Assembly: GCA_043228905.1 (NCBI GenBank)
Contig: JBHGNT010000009.1
Location: 2,542,001-2,606,000 of the forward strand
Direction of reading: 5' to 3'
DNA: 64,000 nt
From: Azolla caroliniana
Taxonomy: Eukaryota > Plantae > Polypodiophyta
Each line of letters starts with the position of its first letter. The first letter of the stretch is position 1. Shown one piece after another: positions 1 to 8,984 of the stretch. The position numbers and the translations under genes were made by a program. The notes beneath the pieces are model-generated. The model was not told the origin of the DNA. It ran no database searches and saw nothing but the letters and a program-made list of their open reading frames with translations.

Positions 1-3000
1 TTAGGTGGCCGAGCTGCTGCTTGGTGGCGTGGCCTAAGGACCGCAAAAAACTTACCCACAACTTGGGAAGGTTTCGTTGATGTTTTTAAGAAACAATTCT
101 TGCAGCCACCTTCTCACACCGAACAAGCGCAACACTTGCTCACATTGTCTAGTAAGCCATTTACCTCTCTCGAGGATTATGTGCATCACGCTCGGACCCA
201 GATCCAAAAATCGGGACTTACGGGTGAGAAATGGTTTGTCGCTTGTTTTTTGAATGGTATTCCCAATGGGGATTATCATTGGATTGTCCATGACAAGGAC
301 CCCACAACTTTCGAGGAAGCCGTCAACATTGTGCTGCGATACCATAGGACTTCCAAGAAAGACCACAATAAACCTGAGTTCGCCAAAACTCTGAATGTCA
401 AGTTCATTGGGAAACGTAAGCAATCCAGTGACACTCTTGACCGCGACTCAAAGAAACCGAACCTCTTCTGTGCATATTGCAAGAAGCGGGGCCACACAAA
501 GGATACCTGTCGTCGTCTTGAGAGGAAGTCAATGAACACCCCTCCTCAAGACAAATATACGAGTCACACAGGTGAGTCTTTTGATATTGTTGAAGTTCAT
601 ACCAATCACTTAAGTTTATGTGAATGCACTTTTCCTTCACATTTACTTGGACCTAATGATTTACTCCGAGCAGTCGGATATATCAATGGAACACAAGCAC
701 ATTTCTTGTTTGATTCCGGTAGTTCTCACAATTTTCTTAATGATCACTTTGTGCAGCAAATGGAGCTCCACATAAACGCAAGTGATCATATCTATCAAGT
801 TCACATGGCAAATGGAAACGTTCAATACATCAGTGGCATTGTTTGTCAACTGCCAATTCAAATAGATACTTATTTGGAGAAGCTTGACTTTCATGTTATG
901 AAATTACAATCCGCAGATGTCATTTTAGGATATCCTTGGTTTTTTAATAAAAACCCTTCTTTGTCCATTGATTGGGTTAATCACTCAATCACATTTGAAC
1001 TTAATAATTGTAAACATTTTATTCAATGTTCCAAACTTCCTTCTCATTCACTTGTGTCTTCTAAATCTTTAAGTGAGTATTCTAGTTCATTAATTTATTC
1101 GTGTGTAATTGATCCTGCGGTTCAATTTTATTATTTTAATATTGACGCCACACAATTACCACATTTTGAGCAACGATTACTCGACTCTATTTTAGAGGAT
1201 TTTCAAGATGTGTTTCCTACTGAATTACCGCTTACTTTACCACCTAAACGTAATGTGGACCATCAAATTGAACTCATCCCTGGGGCTGCTCCTGTGAGCA
1301 TTCCACCTTACCGACTTAGTCGATTAGAAGAGGATGAGATCGCTAAACAACTTAAGGAATACTTGAGTATGGGCCACATTAGGTATAGTAAATCACCTTG
1401 GGGTGCGCCAGTTCTATTAGTCAAGAAGAAGGAAGGTTCGTGGCGAATGTGTATCAATTATCACCGTTTGAATAAAATGACAATTAAGAATGCATATCCA
1501 TTACCTCGTGCCGATGATTTGATTGATCGTTTTCACGGGGCTCGATATTTTACAAAAATTGACTTACGAACTGGTTATCATCAGATTCGCATCGCCGAGG
1601 ATGATATTCCTAAAACCGCTTTTCGTACGCGCTATGGCCATTATGAGTTTTTAGTCATGCCATTTGGGTTGACTAATGCTCCAGCCACATTCCAACAAGC
1701 GATGAATGATGTTTTCCGAGATCAACTCGGTGATTTTGTTGTCGTCTTCTTGGATGATATTTTGATATATAGCCGTACCTTGCAAGATCATGTTCAACAT
1801 GTTCGATTTGTTTTGCGAAAGTTGCGTGACAACTCTTTCTATGCAAAACATTCAAAATGTGACTTCTTCCAAAAATCTATTGTGTACCTAGGTCATTTAA
1901 TTACAGAAAATGGCGTTGAAATTGAACCTTCTCGTATTGAAAAGGTTAAACTTTGGCCCATTCCTCGTAATATTCGTGAACTTAGATCATTCTTAGGGTT
2001 TGTTGGATTTTTACGAAAATCAATTCGTAACTATTCCAAATTGACTACGCCATTAACTGACCTTTTAAAAGATCATCCACGTAAGTCTGTCAAACCAATT
2101 TCATGGAATGAACAACTTGACAAATCATTTGAGACACTCAAGGAGCATGTGTGTCAGGCTCCCACTCTTCTATTACCAGACCCTTCTAAGCCTTTCTCAA
2201 TTGAAACCGATGCTAGTGATTATGCTATTGGTGCCGTTCTTTATCAAGGTGGTCACCCTATTGCTTTTGAAAGTAAGAAGCTTGATGCTGCTCAATCTCG
2301 GTATTCGGTTCAAGAGAAAGAGTTGTTTGCGGTGATACACGCACTTAAAACATGGAGGCACTATCTCTATGGAAATAAATTTGTGGTTACAACAGACCAT
2401 CAATCATTAAAGTATTTTTGTGACCAGCCCGATCTTGTTGGTCGTAAAGGCCGTTGGGCTGACCTTATGCAAGATTTTGATTTTTCCATACGATATCGCA
2501 AGGGTTCTATGAACACCGTTGCTGATGCTCTTAGTCGCATTAAAGAAGTTAACATGCTTAGCTTCACGGAAATAAAATCTGATCTTTTAGATCACCTTCG
2601 AGGGAAATACCTTGATGACAGTTATTTCTCAAAATACTGGACGAAAGCCGAATCTGGTTTAGATGCCGATACTAGCACCCTACCCTCGAAGGCGACCTTT
2701 CACATTACAAACGGTTTGCTCTACCGTAGTGGAAAGGTCTGTGTTCCAGATTTACCAAATGTTAAACAGAAAATTTTTCATGAATGTCATGATGCACCAT
2801 CTGCTGGTCATCCTGGAATACAACGCACACTCGTTCTCATCTCGTGTACTTTTTTCTGGCCTAAGATGCGCTCTGACGTGCATAAATACGTAACTCAATG
2901 CTTACAATGTCAGATTAATAAGTCGGAACGACTTAAAGCTGCTGGTCTTTTACATCCCTTAGATATTCCCAACAATAAATGGGAAAGTATCTCGATGGAT

Positions 3001-4056
3001 TTTATTGTTAGTTTACCTCGTACACAGAGGGGTCATGATGCCATATGGGTTGTCGTTGACAGGCTAACAAAATTAGCTAGATTTATTCCTACAAAAACCA
3101 CGGTAACCGCTCAACAGTTGGCTTATCAATTTGTTGATGAGTTATTTCGTTTTTATGGATTACCGATGGATATTGTTAGTGATCGAGATTCCAAGTTTAC
3201 TAGTGACTTTTGGACTCAGGTCTTTAAGAAACTAGAAACTACGTTGAGCATGAGTTCCGCAGATCATCCTCAGTCTGATGGACAAACTGAACGAGTTAAT
3301 CAAATTATTGAGGACATGCTTCGAGCTTATGTAGCAAAAACCCCTTCTAAGTGGGAGCAATACCTTCCTATCTTAGAATTTGCCTATAATAGCTCTAAAC
3401 ATACATCCACTGGATATAGTCCTTTTATGTTGATGTATAGTTTTCAGCCACGTGCCCCAGTTGATGTCACGATTCATCGTGATACATTAGACAGTATACG
3501 CAATTTTTTGCAAGACATGAACCAAATGTTGCATATTGCCAAAGAAAATGTCAAGACAGCTCAAGATCGTGCTCGATTTTATGCTGATCAGGATAGACGT
3601 CCTCGTGCATTTACTATTGGTCAAAAAGTTTTTTTGCGTGTCCCGACTGATTCTACGTCATTATCTACGGGCAAGTGCGCTAAGTTAGCCCCACGATATT
3701 GTGGCCCATTTGAAATCCTTAAGCGAGTTGGGTCATCTGCTTATCACCTTGCCTTACCTCGTAACGTTGGTATTCATCCTGTTTTTCACGTCAGTCGTCT
3801 AAAACCATTTTTAGGCTCTGGTGATAACACCATCACAATCCAAGATCTTGTAACATTAGAGGATTTTTCTTACAAACCTCATGTTCCTGAACGAATTCTT
3901 GATTCTCGTACTAAACGTTTACGTTCTAAAGAGATTCAGCTATTCAAGATCAAATGGATGGATAAACCTATTGATGATGCCACATGGGAACGCGAGCATT
4001 CGCTTAAGGCACAATTTCCTCACTTTATATTGCAAGAGTGCAATCTTTTGAAGTAG
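1..4056 (+). CDS. Gag-Pol polyprotein with C-terminal chromodomain (open from position 1; start is off-window)
   Basis: Frame 1 is open from base 1 (LGGRAAAWW...TWEGF). Motifs: zinc knuckle CAYCKKRGHTKDTC; protease LFDSGSS; RT KIDLRTGYHQ and FLDDILI; RNase H ETDASDYAIGAVL; integrase HDAPSAGH..CLQC, SMDFIV, SDRD, GQTE, GPF; chromodomain PERILDSR...KIKW...ATWE. Confidence 0.95.
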   Translation, partial: LGGRAAAWWRGLRTAKNLPTTWEGFVDVFKKQFLQPPSHTEQAQHLLTLSSKPFTSLEDYVHHARTQIQKSGLTGEKWFVACFLNGIPNGDYHWIVHDKDPTTFEEAVNIVLRYHRTSKKDHNKPEFAKTLNVKFIGKRKQSSDTLDRDSKKPNLFCAYCKKRGHTKDTCRRLERKSMNTPPQDKYTSHTGESFDIVEVHTNHLSLCECTFPSHLLGPNDLLRAVGYINGTQAHFLFDSGSSHNFLNDHFVQQMELHINASDHIYQVHMANGNVQYISGIVCQLPIQIDTYLEKLDFHVMKLQSADVILGYPWFFNKNPSLSIDWVNHSITFELNNCKHFIQCSKLPSHSLVSSKSLSEYSSSLIYSCVIDPAVQFYYFNIDATQLPHFEQRLLDSILEDFQDVFPTELPLTLPPKRNVDHQIELIPGAAPVSIPPYRLSRLEEDEIAKQLKEYLSMGHIRYSKSPWGAPVLLVKKKEGSWRMCINYHRLNKMTIKNAYPLPRADDLIDRFHGARYFTKIDLRTGYHQIRIAEDDIPKTAFRTRYGHYEFLVMPFGLTNAPATFQQAMNDVFRDQLGDFVVVFLDDILIYSRTLQDHVQHVRFVLRKLRDNSFYAKHSKCDFFQKSIVYLGHLITENGVEIEPSRIEKVKLWPIPRNIRELRSFLGFVGFLRKSIRNYSKLTTPLTDLLKDHPRKSVKPISWNEQLDKSFETLKEHVCQAPTLLLPDPSKPFSIETDASDYAIGAVLYQGGHPIAFESKKLDAAQSRYSVQEKELFAVIHALKTWRHYLYGNKFVVTTDHQSLKYFCDQPDLVGRKGRWADLMQDFDFSIRYRKGSMNTVADALSRIKEVNMLSFTEIKSDLLDHLRGKYLDDSYFSKYWTKAESGLDADTSTLPSKATFHITNGLLYRSGKVCVPDLPNVKQKIFHECHDAPSAGHPGIQRTLVLISCTFFWPKMRSDVHKYVTQCLQCQINKSERLKAAGLLHPLDIPNNKWESISMDFIVSLPRTQRGHDAIWVVVDRLTKLARFIPTKTTVTAQQLAYQFVDELFRFYGLPMDIVSDRDSKFTSDFWTQVFKKLETTLSMSSADHPQSDGQTERVNQIIEDMLRAYVAKTPSKWEQYLPILEFAYNSSKHTSTGYSPFMLMYSFQPRAPVDVTIHRDTLDSIRNFLQDMNQMLHIAKENVKTAQDRARFYADQDRRPRAFTIGQKVFLRVPTDSTSLSTGKCAKLAPRYCGPFEILKRVGSSAYHLALPRNVGIHPVFHVSRLKPFLGSGDNTITIQDLVTLEDFSYKPHVPERILDSRTKRLRSKEIQLFKIKWMDKPIDDATWEREHSLKAQFPHFILQECNLLK

Positions 4057-4063
4057 GGGAGTA

Positions 4064-4537
4064 TGTTATGTACACATAACGTTGGTGAGGGTAGGTCACT
4101 AATATTTACATTAGTGAAGGGTATGTTCACTATTATTAAAAAGGGGACTAATGATTGGATAGAATGAATGATATGTGCATGCACTATCATGATTTAGACA
4201 ACCAATGAATAGAGAGCCTTTTAGAAAGGCACATCTATTCAAGGGGCCTAGGAAAAGGTATAAATATGAGGCTTAGCTACCCTCATAAAGATCATCACGT
4301 CGGAAGGCTGCTGTCATAGACACCGGTGGTGCGGGCTAGGCTTTCGTCTCGACGATCGTGTTTATCTCTTCCAAGGTATTAGTCATCCTAATATCCGGCG
4401 GTATGGGACGTCGGTGGTAGGTTGGCTATGTCTAGATCATAGCTCGGGGGTGGTCGGGTGGAACGGGTTCTTCTATCCAATCTATTTTCTTCCTTTTTAC
4501 TTGATTTGGTCTATTGATTAGTAATAGACTCTTAACA
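4064..4537 (+). repeat. 3' LTR of the chromovirus (474 bp)
   Basis: Begins TGTTA right after the PPT and ends TAACA. TATAAAT lies near 4259. Copia gag sequence resumes immediately after (TACTC is the predicted TSD). Confidence 0.85.
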
Positions 4538-4964
4538 TACTCACATGGTTTTCTTTGACCAATAGCATTGATTGGAGCTCGAAGAAGGAGGGAGATTTGT
4601 CCCTTGCTAGAATGGCAGTTCGCATCGCGCCGAACCGTAGTGCGAGGCCGTCGAGGCATATTTGCACCATCTCCTCATCATCGATATTTACACTTATCGA
4701 GCCGAGTGAGTCACAAAGCTCCTTGATCTTCAAGGTGTATGTCGTGATGGACATGTCCCTTTGTTGAGTGTTGTTCAACTCTTGGTGGAGTTGAAGCCTT
4801 CTTGCGGTTGTGTTCACCACGAAAATCTTTCGTAGATTTTCCCATGCCTCCTTCGGCGTCTTGGCTTCGCGAATGTAGCCGAGCATGTGATCGTGAACAC
4901 ATGTCGTCAAGCAATACATCACATGGCTTGCGGCTTGCTCCCATGTTGCGTATCTAAGAGCCGT

Positions 4965-5688
4965 TGTCGTGCCTTTCGGCTTCGGATCGTTGCATGAGTC
5001 GGGTGGGAACCGCCGAGGTTTTGGACTAGGAGAAAGAAAAATACAAATAAGGCTAATAAAGAATAGGTATAAAGAGTTATAAGATAAGAATCTCGTGAAT
5101 CCCACGAGTTTAGTATATTTAGTCAATATTTAGGTAGTAAGAGAGAATTATTTTAGCAAATTCGTGAATCCCACGAATATTTTAGATTGATTGATCATTA
5201 TAGAAAAATAATCAACAAAAACTACAATGTGCTCCCCATCCTTATATAGTGATGGGAGAGACTAAGCATAGCTACATGCTTTTTCTAATACGTTCATGCA
5301 CACTAAATGTGCATGTAATGCTTTTCTAATCCTTGCTTTTATTTGCTAAATATAGTGCTCATGCACGCTAGATGTGCATGAGTCACTTTTTAGTTGCTTG
5401 CGTTTTTTTTCTATTAAATATTCACGCACTCTAAAAATGCATAATTTACCTTTTAATAAAGGTAGGCGCAAATAAAGGACTTATAGTTAATAAATCTATT
5501 TATAGAACACTAAAGATAAGGTAGCATAATGGTAAAGTTGAGGTTTGGCTACGTGGAGGTACAAGGTTCGAATCTTGCCCTATGCACATGATAAATATCT
5601 TGATATTCTTATTTTATTTATTTATATGTAATTAAATCGGTTATATTATTTTTACTTTTTCACGTAGTGTACGAAATACACTACGACA
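4965..5688 (-). repeat. 3' LTR (724 bp) of gag-only element
   Basis: Direct repeat of 7584-8299 differing by a few substitutions, a 1-bp indel and a 9-bp indel; adjacent to the PPT. Confidence 0.93.
5515..5584 (+). promoter_or_regulatory. tRNA-like Pol III A-box/B-box module inside the LTR (copy 1)
   Basis: A-box TAGCATAATGG (5522-5532) fits TRGCNNARYGG. B-box GGTTCGAATC (5565-5574) has tRNA-like spacing. CAAG/CTTG T-stem and partial ATAAGG/CCCTAT acceptor stem are present; the anticodon arm does not form. Confidence 0.55.
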
Positions 5689-7545
5689 CTCGCCCCCTCC
5701 GAACCCGCACATCCTCCGGTATGTGCCGAAGTTGCCGATGCTCGTTGTCTCCCCTTCATCCTCCGTTTGTCCCGCTATGTCAACTTTGTCTCTCCATTTT
5801 GAGTAGACCCATTCTTTCCACCCAAACCATTGTCGCCATCCGATCCACCATATTCTATGTTCTCTCTCGTCATATTCTTGGCCCTTGTCATTCGTGGTAG
5901 TGTCTTTTACTAGCCTCTTTCTTGTCTTCATCAACCTTGACTCTTTTCCGGATCGCTCTCGTCCGATCGACTTTCGGTTTGATCGGCTTCCGATCGGATT
6001 CATATTCGGCCGAATCGGAATCGGTTGTTTGGTTTCGATTGAGTCAGTCTCCTTCCGGCCCGGTTTCGATCTATCGGTTTCGGTTTTGGTTGGCTTTCTT
6101 TTCCTCGTTTTCACCAGCCTCGACCGGTCCAACCTCCAGTTGAGTCGGATTAGCTTCTTTCCGGATCGGTCTCGTTTGTGTCGTCTTTCGGCCGAATTCT
6201 CTTCCTTTCGGTTCGGCTTTCTTTCGGGTCGACTTTCGGTCGAATCCTCTTTTACCCGGTTCGGCTTTCTTTCGGATCGGAATCCTGTCCGGATCACCTT
6301 CCATCCGAACCGGCTTCCGACTTTACCTTTCTTGCCGCCACCTCCTGTCTCTCCGGTCTCACGTTGGTTCTCGAATACAACCGCCGAAGTCTCTAGAATT
6401 AGTGGACAGGAATCCACGGTATTATCGTCCTCCGTTGTTTCACCCATAGCCACCTCCTTGGCTATCTCTCCTTCCTATGCATCGGCTTTGACCTTTGTTT
6501 TCTCTCCGCCACCTTCCGTCTCTTCGGTCTCACGTTGCCTTTCGAACGCAACCGCCGGAGTCTCTAGAATCAGTGGTGGGGAAGTCTCGATATGGCCATC
6601 CGTCGTTGATTCGTCCATAGCCACCTTCGATTCGATGTCATCTTTCGTGGTGACCTCCTCAATCAAGTCCTCTTTGCTCTCTTTCACTGCATCAATTATG
6701 CTTACCCCTTTTTCACCCGATGTTTCGGACACTTGTATTCTGAAATCTTCTTCTACACTTGGGTTATCGGCCTTATCCTTCGTCGTTGTTCTTTCGCAAG
6801 ACAAGAGGGTAGCTTGTTTTACACCCTCTTCCGTCGCACCATCATGTTGTATTTCGGCCTTCATATCAGCTCCATCGTTTGTCTTCAATCGGCCATCCTT
6901 CATCGGCCATGTCGTTGACAAGATTCTCATCTTCCTCTCATCATGTCTCCGGCATACCCTTTCGACTTTGGCCCAATCCTCGGTAAGACCGTTCGCACCG
7001 TCATCATCTTCGAGTTCGATCCCGATGTCCATCCTTTCTTTTCGATTGATCGATTTTACGAACATTAGGACTTTATCCTCCCCCACCAATCGTTGTTCTC
7101 GCTCCGAGAGTCGAGCAAAACGATGCTCGAACTCTAGGAATGCTTGTGTTGCACTTCGGTGGGTCTTCTCCGATGCCACCCATTCGTCGAATTCTCGCAG
7201 ATCTTGTCCCTTCGATCTCTTGTAATCATATGACTCTCGTAAAGCTTCTTCGAATGACCCCCATGTCGAGTTTTGTTGCCGTATCTTGTGGATTCTCTCT
7301 TGTAGCTCATCCGTGGCCACCTGATTGAAGGATGTCACTTGCAATCCTTCCGGTATCCCACATCGTATCATCTCCGCCTTGTAGTCACGTAGATAGTGTG
7401 ACACATCGTTTCCGTTGAATTGTCCGTTTCGTTGTACGAGCCGCTTTACTGCCCCCGTGATCTCCGACATCACTCGTTGTTCTTGTAGCATCCGCTCGAA
7501 CATCATCATCATCGTTATGCTCATTGCCTCTTGTTGATTCTCCAT
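5641..7545 (-). pseudogene. Gag-like reading frame with charged repetitive tail and one in-frame stop
   Basis: ORFs 7614-6475 and 6453-5641 share a frame and are separated by a single TAG at 6477-6475. Gag-like FNGNDVSHYLRDYKAEM...TWGSFEEALRESY; first ATG after the PBS is at 7545. Confidence 0.65.
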
Positions 7546-7561
7546 CTCCTTGCCACCCGCC

Positions 7562-7579
7562 TTCACGTCGGGTTCACCA
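7562..7579 (-). other. Primer-binding site complementary to tRNA-Trp(CCA) 3' end
   Basis: The + strand reads TTCACGTCGGGTTCACCA, matching from memory the 3' 18 nt (including CCA) of plant cytosolic tRNA-Trp. It lies 4 nt inside the 5' LTR boundary. Confidence 0.85.
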
Positions 7580-7583
7580 ACTG

Positions 7584-8299
7584 TGTCGTGCCTTTCGGCT
7601 TCGGATCGTTGCATGAGTCGGGTGGGAACCGCCGAGGTTTTGGACTAGGAGAAAGAAAAATACAAATAAGGCTAATAAAGAATAGGTATAAAGAGTTATA
7701 AGATAAGAATCTCGTGAATCCCACGAGTTTAAGTATATTTAGTCAATATTTAGGTAGTAAGAGAGAATTATTTTAGCAAATTCGTGAATCCCACGAATAT
7801 TTTAGATTGATTGATCATTATAGAAAAATAATCAACAAAAACTACAATGTGCTCCCCATCCTTATATAGTGATGGGAGAGACTAAGCATAGCTACATGCT
7901 TTTTCTAATACGTTCATGCACACTAAATGTGCATGTAATGCTTTTCTAATCCTTGCTTTTATTTGCTAAATATAGTGCTCATGCACGCTAGATGTGCATG
8001 AGTCACTTTTTAGTTGCTTGCGTTTTTTTTCTATTAAATATTCACGCACTCTAAAAATGCATGATTTACCTTTTAATAAAGGTAGGCGCAAATAAAGGAC
8101 TTATAGTTATTTATAGAACACTAAAGATAAGGTAGCATAATGGTAAAGTTGAGGTTTGGCTACGTGGAGGTACAAGGTTCGAATGTTGCCCTATGTACGT
8201 GATAAATATCTTGATATTCTTATTTTATTTATTTATATGTAATTAAATCGGTTATATTATTTTTACTTTTTCACGTAGTGTACGAAATACACTACGACA
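7584..8299 (-). repeat. 5' LTR (716 bp) of gag-only element
   Basis: Direct repeat of 4965-5688, followed on the minus strand by the PBS. Confidence 0.93.
8126..8195 (+). promoter_or_regulatory. tRNA-like A/B-box module inside the LTR (copy 2)
   Basis: Same A-box as copy 1; the B-box reads GGTTCGAATG (C>G change). Confidence 0.5.
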
Positions 8300-8603
8300 C
8301 CGTATCGACGGGTCAATCTTCGTGCGCTCCTTTGATGTAGCTCCAATAGCCTTGTCCGACAAGGTATTGGTGCATCTTGTACTCCCAAGATGCAAAGTTG
8401 TTTCGATCCAACTTCTCGGTAGGGAGAGCGCTCCCCATTTGAGTATTCATTAGGTCGATTCTTCTTCTTCTTCTTCTTCTTCTCTCTTCGAATGCGAGCT
8501 ATGTAGCGAAGCTACGATAGCGATGAGCTGGTTCTTGGTCGTCGGCATAGGACACAACACACGCGGATGGGCTAGATCAAGCTACCAAGTCGCTCTGATA
8601 CCA

Positions 8604-8984
8604 TGTAAAGAATCGGGTATGATTCTTGTGCAGTGGAATAGATATGAGTTGTGTATGTGTATGAGAGAGAGAGAGAGAGAGTGAGAGAGACAAGGAGTAA
8701 GACACAGAGAATACGCAAGGTAGAGTATATTAACAAAGGAGAAAGACTCGACATCATACAAGGTTGGAGGAGGGTGCTTTATATAGTTACCCTCTCTCTT
8801 CATTAACGACAAGACTCATGGAGCATGGGGAATGTGAAAGCTCATATGTTATGTGTCATAGAATATGATTTTATGACTCATACTAAATGCTAGAATACAT
8901 AATGGTGACTCTTGACCGTTGAAGTGTCTATTCACTCTTACGGTGAGTTCACACACTAGAGCAAGTTGAGCTTGGTTCTCAACA
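8604..8984 (-). repeat. 5' LTR of copia element (~381 bp)
   Basis: TG...CA termini, adjacent iMet PBS, (GA)n tract and TATA-like CTATATAAAG on the minus strand. Both termini resemble the LTR at 40586-40955. Confidence 0.85.

Larger units (their letters stand above)
1..4537 (+). mobile_element. Ty3/gypsy chromovirus LTR retrotransposon (5' part outside window)
   Basis: gag-PR-RT-RH-INT-chromodomain order, purine tract GAAGTAGGGGAGTA at 4050-4063, then a 3' LTR bounded by TGTTA...TAACA (4064-4537). Confidence 0.95.
4965..8299 (-). mobile_element. Non-autonomous gag-only LTR retrotransposon (TR-GAG-like), 3335 bp
   Basis: Two near-identical LTRs (4965-5688, 7584-8299) with TGTCGT...ACGACA termini. 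TSD CCGT at 4961-4964 and 8300-8303, PBS at 7562-7579, PPT GGAGGGGGCGAG at 5700-5689. No pol motifs internally. Confidence 0.92.
4538..8984 (-). mobile_element. Ty1/copia element (5' LTR, PBS, gag), interrupted by two younger LTR elements
   Basis: Minus-strand LTR TGTTGAGAACC...CTTTACA (8984-8604), PBS TGGTATCAGAGC (tRNA-iMet; 8603-8592). gag MNTQMGSALPTEKLDRNNFASWEYKMHQYLVGQGYW starts at 8450 and continues at 4964 (..YATWEQAASHVMYCL..KTPKEAWENL..LQSMLLVKENH). Confidence 0.9.

Noticed and set aside
4518-5126. 202-aa ORF as a real protein
   Set aside because: It is a chimera of LTR sequence (5126-4965), copia gag (4964-4538) and the end of the chromovirus LTR.
5515-5584. Functional tRNA gene
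   Set aside because: The anticodon arm does not fold and the acceptor stem is imperfect; kept only as a tRNA-derived A/B-box module.
5885-7225. 446-aa plus-strand ORF as an independent gene
   Set aside because: It is the antisense shadow of the repetitive gag-like frame, with S/F/R-rich composition and no recognisable domain.
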